A stretch of 64,000 nt of DNA from Candidatus Aminicenantes bacterium (GCA_963702005.1 OY969696.1:3775692-3839691), one strand, 5' to 3'; numbered from the stretch's first letter, positions 36,903 through 46,756 are shown. Program-made: numbers and translations. Notes: generated by a model from the letters alone, not told the origin.

Positions 36903-37808
36903 TTAGATGCGGATCATTTTTTCGATGGCCGTCCGGGCCCGGTCCGCGATGTGTTCGGGGACCGTGATCCGCGGCTCGAGTTTTTCAAGGGCGGTCAGGA
37001 CCTTGGCCAGCGTCGTTTTCTTCATGTTGACGCAGAGGGAGGTGGCCTTGATCGGAATGAAGCTCTTGCCCGGGTTCTCCTTGGCCAGGCGATAGGTCAT
37101 ACCGGCCTCGGTCGCCAGCACGACCTCGCGCCGCGACGTCGCCCGCGCCTCGGCGACCATCTGCCCGGTCGAGAGCGTCTTGTCGGCGAGGTCGATGACC
37201 TCGGGCCGGCACTCGGGGTGGGCCCAGATCTCGGCCTCGGGGCGCTCGCGCCGGGCCCGGTGGACGTCGTCCGCGTAGATCGTGTGATGGACGTAGCAGT
37301 AGCCGTCCCAGGGGACGATCTTCTTCCTCGAAGTCCGGGCGACGAAGGCGGCCAGGTTCTTGTCGGGGACAAACAGGACCTCGGCCGCGTCGAGGGATTC
37401 GACGACCTTGACCGCGTTCGACGAGGTGCAGCACACGTCGCTCTCGGCCTTGACCTCGGCCGAAGTGTTGATGTAGCAAACGACGGGACGGCCCGGATAG
37501 CGCGCCTTCCAGACGCGGAGCTGCTCGGCCGTGATCATGTCCGACATCGGGCAGCCGGCCTCGATCTCGGGGAGAATGACGTACTTGCGGGGCGCCAGGA
37601 TGGCGGCCGTCTCGGCCATGAAACGGACGCCGCAGAAGACGATGAGACTGGCCTCGGTCGCGGCCGCTTTCCGGCTCAGCTCCAGGGAATCGCCCAGGAT
37701 GTCGGCCGCGTCCTGGACCTCGCCCGGCTGGTAGTTGTGGGCGAGTACGACGGCGTTTCTCTCCTTCTTGAGGAGGGCGATCCGTTCCATCGTCTGGGCT
37801 CGATTCAT
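36903..37808 (-). CDS. nadA: Quinolinate synthase
   Basis: 301 aa. Conserved NadA regions (VLAHNYQ, CGVRFMAET, three Cys cluster ligands). Confidence 0.9.
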   Translation of the reverse strand: MNRAQTMERIALLKKERNAVVLAHNYQPGEVQDAADILGDSLELSRKAAATEASLIVFCGVRFMAETAAILAPRKYVILPEIEAGCPMSDMITAEQLRVWKARYPGRPVVCYINTSAEVKAESDVCCTSSNAVKVVESLDAAEVLFVPDKNLAAFVARTSRKKIVPWDGYCYVHHTIYADDVHRARRERPEAEIWAHPECRPEVIDLADKTLSTGQMVAEARATSRREVVLATEAGMTYRLAKENPGKSFIPIKATSLCVNMKKTTLAKVLTALEKLEPRITVPEHIADRARTAIEKMIRI

Positions 37809-37865
37809 GGTCTGACCTCTATGCCTCCCTCATGGCGCCGCCGGCGGCGCGGACCCCGGGGCCCG

Positions 37866-38441
37866 TCAGCCGATCCGCGCGCCGCAGTGGGAGCATTCCT
37901 CGGCGTTCTTGTTGGTGAGCTCGCCGCAGTGGGCGCACTCCTCGAGTTCGACTAGGCACTTTCCGCAAAAATCCTTGGTCCCATCGATCGGGCCGTCGCA
38001 GTAGGGACAGCCCTCCTCGGTTTTGTGGGCGGGATGGGCGACCGGAACCGCCTCTCCCTCCCGCGCCGCCGGCGCGTGCTTGGCCCGGTAATCCTCGATG
38101 GCCTTGTGGAGGGCGTCGGCGCCCAGGTTCGAGCAGTGCATCTTGTTCTTGGGGAGGCCGCCCAGCTCTTCGGCGACCGAGTCGTTGCTGATCTTCATGG
38201 CCTCGTCGAGGGTCTTGCCCATGGCCATCTCGCTGACCATGCTCGAGACGGCGATGGCCGCGCCGCAGCCGAAGGTCTGGAATTTGATGTCGGCCAGCTT
38301 GCCGTCCTTGACCTTGATGTAGAAGGTCATCATATCCCCGCAGACCGGGTTCCCGACCTGGCCGACGCCGTCGGCGTCCGGGAGGGTCCCGACGTTGCGG
38401 GGGTTCGAAAAATGCTCCATGACTTTATCGCTGTAGATCAT
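37866..38441 (-). CDS. iscU: Fe-S cluster assembly scaffold (IscU/NifU N-terminal type) with a C-terminal Cys-rich zinc-ribbon extension
   Basis: 191 aa. GCGDMM, FQTFGCGAA, HCS motifs. Extra C-terminal CPYC…CGKC…CAHCG…CSHCG. Confidence 0.8.
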   Translation of the reverse strand: MIYSDKVMEHFSNPRNVGTLPDADGVGQVGNPVCGDMMTFYIKVKDGKLADIKFQTFGCGAAIAVSSMVSEMAMGKTLDEAMKISNDSVAEELGGLPKNKMHCSNLGADALHKAIEDYRAKHAPAAREGEAVPVAHPAHKTEEGCPYCDGPIDGTKDFCGKCLVELEECAHCGELTNKNAEECSHCGARIG

Positions 38442-39619
38442 GACGTCCGCTCCTTGAGGAATTCCGTGTAGAGAGGCGACATCTTGCGAAGCCGCTCGAT
38501 AATGGGCGGGAACTCGGCCAGGACGAAATCGATGTCGGCGGCCGTCGTCCCGTCGATGAGGCTGAAGACGATCGAGCCCTGGGCCGTGGCGTGGTCGAGG
38601 CCCATGGCCAGGAGGACGTGGGAAACCTTGAGCGACTTCGAGGTGCAGGCCGAGCCGCTCGAGACCGAGATCCCCTTCATGTCGAGGTGGAGGAGCATCC
38701 CCTCGCCCTCGACGAACCGGATGCAGAAGCTCGCCTGATGAGGCAGCCGGCGCTCGCGCCGGCCGGTCACGACGATTTCGGGGACGCGGCGCGGGAGTTC
38801 GTCGAGGAGCCGGTCGCGCAGGACGCGCAGGCGTTCGGCCCGCTCGGGAAGCTGGCGGCGTGCGATCTCGGCCGCTTGGCCCATCCCGACGATGGCCGGG
38901 ACGTTCTCGGTGCCGCCCCGCTTCCCGCCTTCTTGGATCCCGCCGTCGATGAGAGGCTGAACGCGCGTCCCTTTTTTGAGGAAGAGCGCGCCGCTCCCCT
39001 TGGGCCCGTAGAACTGGTCGCCGGCCAGGCTCAGGGCGTCGACGTTGAGGGCGCGGACATCGACGGGGATACTGCCCACGGCGGCGACCGCGTCGGTGTG
39101 GACGGGGACGGCGCGCTTGCGGCAGATCGCGGCGATCTCGGCGACGGGCTCGATCGTCCCGACCTCGGAGTTGGCGAGCATGATCGAGACAAAGACGGTC
39201 TCCTCGGTCAGGGCTTTCTCGACCTGAGCCGGATCGACGAGCCCCGTCCCGTCGACGGGGACGAGGGTTGTCCCGAAGCCCGACTTCTCGAGGGAGCGGG
39301 CCGCGTTGAGGACGGAGGAATGCTCGATCGCCGAAAGGACTATATGCTTTCCCTTGTCGCGCCGGGCGAGGGCCAGGCCCTTGACGGCGAGATTGTTGGC
39401 CTCGGAGCCGCTCGCGCTGAAGACGATCTCGGCCGGGTCGGCGTTGACGAGGGCGGCGACCTTCTCGCGGGCGTCCTCGACGGCAAGGGAAGCTTCCTGT
39501 CCCAGGGAATGGAGGCTCTGGGCGTTCCCGTACTTCTCTTTGAGGAAGGGGAGCATCGCCTTGAACGCCTCGGGATGGAGAGGGGTTGCGGCGATATGGT
39601 CGAGATAGATCCGCTTCAT
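38438..39619 (-). CDS. iscS: Cysteine desulfurase (NifS/IscS family). Overlaps iscU by 4 nt.
   Basis: The PLP-Lys region (…SGHKFYGPKG-like DQFYGPKGSG) and active Cys (SSGSACTS) are present. ATG start at MKRIYLDH is preceded by GGAGGG. Confidence 0.85.
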   Translation of the reverse strand: MKRIYLDHIAATPLHPEAFKAMLPFLKEKYGNAQSLHSLGQEASLAVEDAREKVAALVNADPAEIVFSASGSEANNLAVKGLALARRDKGKHIVLSAIEHSSVLNAARSLEKSGFGTTLVPVDGTGLVDPAQVEKALTEETVFVSIMLANSEVGTIEPVAEIAAICRKRAVPVHTDAVAAVGSIPVDVRALNVDALSLAGDQFYGPKGSGALFLKKGTRVQPLIDGGIQEGGKRGGTENVPAIVGMGQAAEIARRQLPERAERLRVLRDRLLDELPRRVPEIVVTGRRERRLPHQASFCIRFVEGEGMLLHLDMKGISVSSGSACTSKSLKVSHVLLAMGLDHATAQGSIVFSLIDGTTAADIDFVLAEFPPIIERLRKMSPLYTEFLKERTS

Positions 39620-39727
39620 GCTCCCTCCGTCCAACGGCCTTCCCCTTACCTTACCCTTGACAACGGGGTTCGTGCGCCGCGTCCGGCCCCTCGCTGGAAC
39701 CGTGTCCGCCCGGCGCCACGGTATGCT

Positions 39728-39946
39728 TCAAATGGACTGGACTTCCTTGATCTCGGGAATTTCTTTCTTGAGGATCCGTTCTATCCCCATCTTGAGCGTC
39801 ATCTGGGACATCGGACAGCCGCCGCAGGCGCCCTTGAGCCGGAGCTTGACCACGCCGTCCTGGTATCCAACGAGCTCGACGTCTCCGCCGTCGGCCTGGA
39901 GGGAAGGACGGACCTTCTTGAGGGCTTCTTCAATCTTTTCCTTCAT
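39728..39946 (-). CDS. nfu: NifU C-terminal domain (Nfu-type) Fe-S cluster carrier protein
   Basis: CGGC motif (LKGACGGCPMS). Start at MKEKIEE is preceded by GAGGAG. Confidence 0.75.
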   Translation of the reverse strand: MKEKIEEALKKVRPSLQADGGDVELVGYQDGVVKLRLKGACGGCPMSQMTLKMGIERILKKEIPEIKEVQSI

Positions 39947-40020
39947 GGGGGTTCTCCTCAGGAGCGTATTATACACAAAACCCAAGCTCGATTCTATATA
40001 ATATGATTTCTATAGGATTT

Positions 40021-40131
40021 GTCAAATCCTCGACTCCCCGGCATGAATGCCGGGGCCTGGTCAGGATTAACCCTGAGCTGCGCTTCTCATCCCCGCCTTT
40101 CAGGGCGGGGTAGCGTCGGCGAACGGGTCAA
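40021..40131 (+). repeat. Family-3 modular element, copy B
   Basis: gtcaaatcctcgactccccggcatgaatgccgggg…attaaccctgagc…ccccgcctttcagggcgggg tagcgtcggcgaacgggtcaa. Confidence 0.8.
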
Positions 40132-40170
40132 TTAAGATATTCTGCTCTCTATGCCTTGGCTGTGCCAACT

Positions 40171-40214
40171 CATTGATAAATAATCGTTTGCCATTATTTG
40201 ATTTATTATCAATG
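40171..40214. promoter_or_regulatory. AT-rich inverted repeat cattgataaataatc-N14-gatttattatcaatg (Fur-box-like) in the divergent region between the Fe-S operon and the PAP2 gene
   Basis: Seen directly. Built from GATAA(T)-type hexamers in a ~65% GC genome. Confidence 0.35.
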
Positions 40215-40285
40215 TATTATGACAGACGAGCTGCAATGGAGGGCAATATAGATATAGGTGGACGGGGCGGACGTCTCGGTGTAAA

Positions 40286-40837
40286 ATGTTACGTCAGCCC
40301 AAGGCCGGGAGGGGCCGCGTGACGTTAGACGATATCAAGAAGCTCGACACGGTTACCTCGGAGCGACTCCGAGTTCACGACGGAAACCGCATCTGGAAGG
40401 CGTTGGCCATGGTTACGGCCCATACCGGGGACCTCTGGGTCCTCCTCCCTCTCCTCGGCCTGCTCTGGCTCCTGGAAAAAGGGGCCTGGCGTCGTTTCGC
40501 CTTGGTCCAGGCCGCGTTCATTTTCGTCACCGCCGCGGCCGTCTTCCTCATCAAGTATGCGATCCGGCGACGTCGCCCCGACGGCGAATTCGGGAGCATC
40601 TACCGCCTCCTCGACCCCCACTCATTCCCCTCGGGACACGCCGCCCGGGCCGTAGGCATGGCCGTCCTCTCGGCGCCGCTCGTCCCGGTCTGGGCTATTC
40701 CCCTTCTTGCCGTCTGGGTCCTCGGCGTCGGGATCTCCCGGGTTGCGCTGCGCCTGCACTACGTCCTGGACATCTTGGCCGGCTACGGAATGGGGACGGC
40801 GATCGGCGTCGCGATACTCGGGTTCAACGCCCTGTGA
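40286..40837 (+). CDS. Phosphatase PAP2 family membrane protein
   Basis: 183 aa. PSGH (SFPSGHA) and SRxxxxxHxxxD-like (SRVALRLHYVLD) PAP2 motifs. Confidence 0.75.
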   Translation: MLRQPKAGRGRVTLDDIKKLDTVTSERLRVHDGNRIWKALAMVTAHTGDLWVLLPLLGLLWLLEKGAWRRFALVQAAFIFVTAAAVFLIKYAIRRRRPDGEFGSIYRLLDPHSFPSGHAARAVGMAVLSAPLVPVWAIPLLAVWVLGVGISRVALRLHYVLDILAGYGMGTAIGVAILGFNAL

Positions 40838-40877
40838 AATACGACGAAGCCGAACGACCCCCCGATCCCGCGCCCTC

Positions 40878-42326
40878 TCAATCGGCCGTATACTTGATGG
40901 TGAGGTAATCCTCTTTAGTCCCGTCTCCCTCAGAGCTTCCCGTGACATAGACATGGCCGGTATTGTCGACGGCGATGGCTCTGGGCCAATCGTAGCCATG
41001 TGCCGGGCCGTCGTAGCGGCGCACCCATTTTTCGTTTCCGTCGGTGTCGTACTTGACGGTGGCAAAGTCGAAGGAGTTACAGGCGCTATCCTGGGATAGC
41101 CCCGTAACATAGACATTCCCGGCGCCGTCGACGGCGATGGCCGTCGCGTAGTTGTACCCGAGCCCCGCGTCATAGACCCGTGTCCACTTGAGATTCCCGT
41201 TGGAATCATACTTGATCGTAATAAACTTTGTGGGGGGGCACAGCCCGCTTCCCGTCACATAGACGTTTCCGGAAGAATCCGCCGCCAGGCCGACGGCCTC
41301 AATATCCGTCATGCCGGAGGTTTCTTCCAATGTCTTGGCCCAGCGGAGACCTCCGTCGGTGTCATATTTGATCGTGAGAAAATCGTGCTTTGTCGCTGAA
41401 GTCTTCGTAGACCCCGTCAAGAAGATCTCGTTGAGGACGAGGATGTATATCGATCGATAGAGGACTTTCCCGGCATGCGGCACATCGTAGCCGTTATTCG
41501 GGCCGTTGTAGTGGATCGACCAGAGGACGCCTCCGTTTGGGTCATACTTGATGGTGCGATAATCGGAGGAGTTATTGAGTTCCATCGAACGGCCCATGAC
41601 GTAGATGTTTTGTAACCGGTCCAGGCCGAGGCTGGCGACCAGGTCATCTTTATGAATAGAATCGTCGAACTGCCTCGCCCATTGCTGATGTCCGCCGGAG
41701 TCGTATTTGACGGTTAGGAAATCGTGTTTTGTATTTTCCTCGCCCGACGCCGCCCATGAGTCCCCGGCCACGACGACATTCCTATCTTTGTCAACGGCGA
41801 TCGCTCTAGCCGTATTATCGCTGTAGGTACCCCAGCCGTAGGCCCGAGCCCCCCATATTTTAGTTCCAGCGGTATTGTATTTGATCGTGGCGAATTCGCT
41901 GAAGCCGTTCGCATCGCAGGATCCGCCCGTCACATAGATGTTTCCGGCCGTGTCCAGGGCCATAGCATGGGCGATATCGAGTTTTGCCATCTGGCCGGAT
42001 GAGGTATTGAAGCCGTACTTTTTCACCCATTTTTGGGTTCCACCCGAGCCGTATTTTATGGTCGTATAGTCCCAGTTGTTGTAGCCGACGATCGATCCCC
42101 CGGCCACGAAGACATTTCCGGCGCCGTCCACGGCGATCGCCTCGGGGATATCCGAGGCGTGAGCCGGTCCGTCATACCGCTTGACCCAGACCTCACCGTC
42201 ATCAGGTTGCGGTCCAAACCCGGCTCCTCCCCCGGCGCCGGCGTCCCTCCCGGTTTTTATTCCGGGAACTCCCCAACCGAGACAGACGAACAATCCAACC
42301 AGAAGCCAGATCATCCTTTTTCTCAT
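40878..42326 (-). CDS. SBBP (beta-propeller) repeat protein, secreted
   Basis: 482 aa. Signal peptide. About 9 repeats of the pattern …DxAGNVYVTG…DYxTIKYD…G…xW. Confidence 0.7.
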   Translation of the reverse strand: MRKRMIWLLVGLFVCLGWGVPGIKTGRDAGAGGGAGFGPQPDDGEVWVKRYDGPAHASDIPEAIAVDGAGNVFVAGGSIVGYNNWDYTTIKYGSGGTQKWVKKYGFNTSSGQMAKLDIAHAMALDTAGNIYVTGGSCDANGFSEFATIKYNTAGTKIWGARAYGWGTYSDNTARAIAVDKDRNVVVAGDSWAASGEENTKHDFLTVKYDSGGHQQWARQFDDSIHKDDLVASLGLDRLQNIYVMGRSMELNNSSDYRTIKYDPNGGVLWSIHYNGPNNGYDVPHAGKVLYRSIYILVLNEIFLTGSTKTSATKHDFLTIKYDTDGGLRWAKTLEETSGMTDIEAVGLAADSSGNVYVTGSGLCPPTKFITIKYDSNGNLKWTRVYDAGLGYNYATAIAVDGAGNVYVTGLSQDSACNSFDFATVKYDTDGNEKWVRRYDGPAHGYDWPRAIAVDNTGHVYVTGSSEGDGTKEDYLTIKYTAD

Positions 42327-42467
42327 TGCGGTCCCCCTTCATTACTACGGGGAGCAGAATAGACATTGCATAGTCCTTGCTGCTCCCCGAGTACTAGCCG
42401 GGCGATAAGGAACGATGGAGTCAACTATATTTCGCCCGGCTTAGTAAAATAGCGCTCAGCCGAATTT

Positions 42468-42557
42468 GAATTCTGGGAACACATCGCTTAATTCGGCGAT
42501 TCTCGCCGCATAAAAAAGCCGGCTCGGATTCTGACAAATCATGTGTCCCCGGAATTA
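42468..42557. repeat. Degenerate family-2 palindrome copy (gaattctgggaacacatcgcttaattcggcg … atgtgtccccggaatt)
   Basis: Seen directly. It abuts the stop of the DUF438 gene, ~140 nt upstream of the SBBP gene start. Confidence 0.6.
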
Positions 42558-43031
42558 TCATTTCCAATCCAGCAGCCGCTGCTGGCCCTTGAGGCTCCGG
42601 AGCCAGGTCGCGTCCTGGCTGACCTCGAGGCATCCCTTGTAAGCGCCCTTCCCGTCGCGAAGGGCGAAGTAGCGGATGAGGATGAACTTGCCGTCGAGCT
42701 CGAGCCAGAAGTTGGCGACATCCTTCGTCCCCGCTTTGAACGCCTTGAGGATCGCCTCGACCGTGGAAACGCTCTTGGCCGGATGGCAGTTCTGGACCTT
42801 GCGGCCTATGACGGCCGGGGTTCGCTTGAATATCCTGTCCTTAGTCGCGGAATAGTAAATGACCGTGTCGGTCTCATCGACGTAGGAGAGGTCGACGGGC
42901 AGGGTCTTGAGCATGAGGTCGATCTGCTCGGGCGTCAGGGCCCCGACGTTTAAGGGAACGGCCTGGGATTTCGGCTCATGGGTCGATGCGGACATGTTGA
43001 ATTCCTCCTCTTCGGATTTCCATATTATCAT
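42558..43031 (-). CDS. DUF438 / PAS-like domain protein
   Basis: 157 aa (alternative start MSASTHEP at 42995). Weak family recognition only. Confidence 0.4.
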   Translation of the reverse strand: MIIWKSEEEEFNMSASTHEPKSQAVPLNVGALTPEQIDLMLKTLPVDLSYVDETDTVIYYSATKDRIFKRTPAVIGRKVQNCHPAKSVSTVEAILKAFKAGTKDVANFWLELDGKFILIRYFALRDGKGAYKGCLEVSQDATWLRSLKGQQRLLDWK

Positions 43032-43079
43032 AATCGGCCCGGCCGTAAAAGCGCGAGGAGGGATTATCAGGCCCTCGGC

Positions 43080-43646
43080 CTAGCGATACCGGAAACAGGC
43101 CATCAGATGGTCGTTGACCATACCCGTCGCCTGCATATGGGAGTAGACGACGGTCGAGCCGACGAACTTGAACCCGCGCGCCTTGAGGTCCTTGCTGATG
43201 AGGTCCGAGAGGGGCGTCCGGGCCGGCATGTCCTTGAAGGAGCGAAGACGGTTGCGAATCGGCTTTCCGCCCACGAAGCCCCAGATGTAGCGGTCGAAAG
43301 TCCCGAATTCCTTCCGGACCTCGAGGAAACGGCGGGCGTTGTTGATCGCGGCCAGGATTTTCAGACGGTTCCGGATGATGCCGGCATCGGCCAGGAGGCG
43401 GCGGACGTCCCGTTCCGTGAAGCGGGCCACCCTGGCCGGATCGAATCCCCGGAACGCCCGGCGGAAATTCTCCCGCTTGTCGAGGACCGTCTTCCAGCTC
43501 AGGCCGGCCTGCATTCCTTCGAGGATCAGGAATTCGAAGATCTTGCGGTCGTTGTGGAGGGGAACGCCCCATTCGCGGTCATGGTAGGCCCTCATCAGGG
43601 CATCGCTCCCGTCGCCCCAGCATCGTATCCGCCTTTTATCCTTCAA
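43080..43646 (-). CDS. tag: DNA-3-methyladenine glycosylase I
   Basis: 188 aa. YHDREWGVP, EGMQAGLSW, and a C-terminal Zn-binding H/C pattern typical of Tag. Confidence 0.85.
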   Translation of the reverse strand: MKDKRRIRCWGDGSDALMRAYHDREWGVPLHNDRKIFEFLILEGMQAGLSWKTVLDKRENFRRAFRGFDPARVARFTERDVRRLLADAGIIRNRLKILAAINNARRFLEVRKEFGTFDRYIWGFVGGKPIRNRLRSFKDMPARTPLSDLISKDLKARGFKFVGSTVVYSHMQATGMVNDHLMACFRYR

Positions 43647-43682
43647 AAGACGTCTGTCTCCATTTTCTTGCTGGCTATTCGA

Positions 43683-45707
43683 TCACTTGATCCGCCGATA
43701 CTTGATCAGGAGCGAGCCCGGCGCTTCCGGGATCTTGATTGAAATGCCGGCGGCGAGCTCGCGGCCGGTCTTGAAGACCGTGATCCCGTAATCTTCGTAG
43801 CTCACCTCGTAATCGGCGTCGGGGTCGAGCCCTTGAAGGTTGACGGCGATCGACGAAACCGCGGCCAGCTGCCTCCGGAAGGCCAGGACGATTCCGTCTC
43901 GCTCCTCGGGCCGGTCCCACTGAAAGGCCGCCCAGACTTCGTCCGAAGTTGAGTAGTCCGTGAGCGGATAGTAATCCCCAAACAAATAGGCCCGCAGGCT
44001 CCTGAACTCGGCGATGTCCTCACGGGCCAAGGCCGTGTTGAAGGACGCGTTATTATAGGTTCCGTTGAGCTCCCAGCCGAGAACCACGGCGCCGCCCATC
44101 GAGCTCCGGAAATAATATTTCTGGGGATTGTTGTTGCCCGTCCCGCTGGCGGGAAGGAAGAAATGGAGGCCGTAGGTGTGGCACTGGTAGCCGTTGGGCT
44201 CGAAATAGGAATAGTCGGTCCGCCAGAGGGGGATGCTGCGGCCGATCGTCTCCAGGTCGATCCGGCGCCCGCCCGAGGCGCAGTTGTCGATCAAGAGCCC
44301 GGGATTCCTGGCCAGCAGGGCGTCCCAGTACGCGTAAAGCCCTTCGATGTGCTTCATTTCGGCGATGCCGATGCGGTCGGGCGCGTCCATGGCTTTCCAG
44401 TATGGCGCCGGGTCGAAGTTGAAATCCTGGCGGTAGACCGTCACGCCTTCGGTTTGGATGAAGTTCGAGATGTAATCGATCAGCCATTCCAGAGCCTTGG
44501 GATGGCCCAAGTTGAGGAGTCGGTTGGGATTGTCCGGAAGCGCCGTCAGCCATTCCGGATGCTCGCGGTCGAGGCGCGTCCCCTCGTAGACGCGTTCCGG
44601 CTCGAACCAGACGACGAAGCCCTTGCCCCATTCTTTCGCGGCTTCGGTGACCGGCTTCAATCCGCGCGGAAAGTTCTTCCGGTTGACGGTCCAGTTGCCG
44701 ACCCCCTGCCACCACGATCGGCCGGCGTTCTCGTACCAGCCGGCGTCGATCCAGCAGGCGTCCGGCTCGATTCCGAACTGTTTGAGCCGGTCGATCATGG
44801 CCAGGGCGTAGCTTTCCGTGGCGCAGACATATTCATTGCAGGGGAAGGGGCCGCCGAACCCGACGCCGTGGCTGAGGGGAAGGACGAGCGGTTTCCCCCC
44901 GGGTCGCGGCGTGTGATGGGCGAGGACAAACCGGCGGAATAGGTTATGGCCGGACATGCGGTCCCGGCCCTTCCAGAACAGGAGGGCGACCGAGGGAGTG
45001 CGGACTTCCTCGCCGGGCCGGAGCTTGAAATGGGTTCGGGCCAGGCCGGCCTCAAGGGTCAGGCCGCGCGGGCCCTTGCGCTGCACCAGGGCCGACCAAC
45101 GGCCGCTCCAGCCGATGGCGGCCACGATGCCCCGCTCGGCCGTCGCGACGTTAAAAAACGGCAGGGCCTCCGTATCCGAGGAGCGTCCGGCCGACGGACC
45201 GAACCGGACTTCGCCTTTTTCCCCTAAGACATCGTTGATGGGCGCGAAGTCGGATCGCTCGGCGCTGCTGCCGCGGGCGCGATACAGAGTCGTCGATCCT
45301 TCGGGCCAGTCATTGAACGATACGGCGCAGGCTTGGAGGTCCTCGATGATCGGGGTGTCGGCTTTTCCTTCGTTCTTGACGCGGACAACCCACTCGACCG
45401 CGGCAAAATCCCGATAGATCGTGGTGACGGATGTGACGCGGAGCCCGGTCGCGCGATCCGCATGGACGACCGTTGTTACGGTCAGATCGCCCGCTGGTCG
45501 CGTCTCGGAAGTCACGGTCCATTTTTGCAGAAAGCCGGAGGACGGCTTCCCGTCATAGACGAAAGAAATCGGCGGCGCCGCTCCCCGCCCGACATGGGCG
45601 GCGACAAACCTTTCGAGGTTCGCCCGGTCCTGGGCCGCCGAGGGGTCCCAGGCGGCGCTAAGACAAAAACGACTCAGAGCCAAGAGCCCGATCAGAACTC
45701 GCTTCAT
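43683..45707 (-). CDS. Glycoside hydrolase, GH36-like alpha-galactosidase family (clan GH-D), secreted
   Basis: D-x-GW motif (CWIDAGWYEN) and CxSGG(R)RID (DNCASGGRRIDLE) resemble the GH36/GH27 catalytic regions. Signal peptide after MKRVLIGLLALS. Confidence 0.5.
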   Translation of the reverse strand: MKRVLIGLLALSRFCLSAAWDPSAAQDRANLERFVAAHVGRGAAPPISFVYDGKPSSGFLQKWTVTSETRPAGDLTVTTVVHADRATGLRVTSVTTIYRDFAAVEWVVRVKNEGKADTPIIEDLQACAVSFNDWPEGSTTLYRARGSSAERSDFAPINDVLGEKGEVRFGPSAGRSSDTEALPFFNVATAERGIVAAIGWSGRWSALVQRKGPRGLTLEAGLARTHFKLRPGEEVRTPSVALLFWKGRDRMSGHNLFRRFVLAHHTPRPGGKPLVLPLSHGVGFGGPFPCNEYVCATESYALAMIDRLKQFGIEPDACWIDAGWYENAGRSWWQGVGNWTVNRKNFPRGLKPVTEAAKEWGKGFVVWFEPERVYEGTRLDREHPEWLTALPDNPNRLLNLGHPKALEWLIDYISNFIQTEGVTVYRQDFNFDPAPYWKAMDAPDRIGIAEMKHIEGLYAYWDALLARNPGLLIDNCASGGRRIDLETIGRSIPLWRTDYSYFEPNGYQCHTYGLHFFLPASGTGNNNPQKYYFRSSMGGAVVLGWELNGTYNNASFNTALAREDIAEFRSLRAYLFGDYYPLTDYSTSDEVWAAFQWDRPEERDGIVLAFRRQLAAVSSIAVNLQGLDPDADYEVSYEDYGITVFKTGRELAAGISIKIPEAPGSLLIKYRRIK

Positions 45708-45777
45708 GACTCGTCCCTCCATTCGGATCGATCCTTCCCGTGCGCCGGCTTTCCCCGTCCGCCGGACGCCTCAAGAA

Positions 45778-46626
45778 TTATATAACAAGCTCTTCGCCGG
45801 AGAAATGGACGAAGGAGAAGCACTCCGGGATGTGCGAGTCATAGACGCCGTGGCGGTTGAGGGCCCAGCCGGGATGGGGCTCAGCCTTGACGCCGCAGTA
45901 GTCGAGGAGCTCGAAGCGCGAGAAGTCCATCCGCCAGACATCGCCGTCGCGCGGCGGCACGGGACGGCTGCCGGCCAAGATCTTCATCCCGCGCCAGGGG
46001 AAGGCGATCTCCGCCGTCCAGCCCCTATCGACGTCCGAGGCGTCATTGAGGGTGCCGTCCACGCGAACGGCCGTCTTGAGCCCCGGGAAATCCCAGTCCA
46101 TGAAAGCCCAGCGGGCGCCCCGGGGATGCTTGCCCCAGCGCAACGCATCCTGGAAGCCGCCCAGGACGTCGACGCGGCGGGTGAGCAAATCGAATTCCGG
46201 AATGTCGAAACGGCCGCCTTTCTGGTAGGCGTCCTGCCAGATGTAGAAAACTTCATAGACCGTGCCCAGGGCGTTGATTTCGAACTCGTAATAGCAGTCC
46301 TCCCCGCCAATAAAAATCTCGACGTCGTTCTCGGTCCAGACGAGGGAGTCCCGCTCCGAGAGCCGGGCCCGGACATCGGGCTCCTCGACCCAAAAGGCGA
46401 CATACAAATTTTCATCGTCCCAGAGCGAGGCCATCCGCGTCTCGAGAAAGCCCGGGACGCCGCTGACCAAATCGACAAAGCGGCGCGATTTCCGCGCCTT
46501 CCGCCAGACGGGCTTGTCCAGGCGGCCGTCGATCTCGACGGGCCGCGGAGCGCGCAGACACGAGTAGCGGGCCAGGTCTTTTTCGCCGCATCCATAAGGG
46601 GGGTTCATATTCCTCAACATACACAA
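45778..46626 (-). CDS. Carbohydrate-binding family 9-like (DOMON-like) domain protein
   Basis: 282 aa. …IDGRLDKPVWRKA…LYVAFWVEEPD… matches the same module family as the N-terminus of gene 3562..5724. Confidence 0.5.
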   Translation of the reverse strand: MCMLRNMNPPYGCGEKDLARYSCLRAPRPVEIDGRLDKPVWRKARKSRRFVDLVSGVPGFLETRMASLWDDENLYVAFWVEEPDVRARLSERDSLVWTENDVEIFIGGEDCYYEFEINALGTVYEVFYIWQDAYQKGGRFDIPEFDLLTRRVDVLGGFQDALRWGKHPRGARWAFMDWDFPGLKTAVRVDGTLNDASDVDRGWTAEIAFPWRGMKILAGSRPVPPRDGDVWRMDFSRFELLDYCGVKAEPHPGWALNRHGVYDSHIPECFSFVHFSGEELVI

Positions 46627-46640
46627 AGCCCGCGGGGCGA

Positions 46641-46756
46641 GTCAACCCCTCAGCACTCATACTAAGCCGTTTCCGGCTTAGTATGAGTGCTGCAAGGCTG
46701 GGCTCCGATTTTAGGCCCCGCCTTCAAGGCGGGGTAGCGTCGACGAACGGGTCAAC
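46641..46756 (+). repeat. Family-3 modular element, copy C (variant 5' module with hairpin cactcatactaagccgtttccggcttagtatgagtg)
   Basis: It shares the 5' gtcaacccctc and 3' ccccgccttcaaggcgggg tagcgtcgacgaacgggtcaa with the other copies. Confidence 0.75.
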
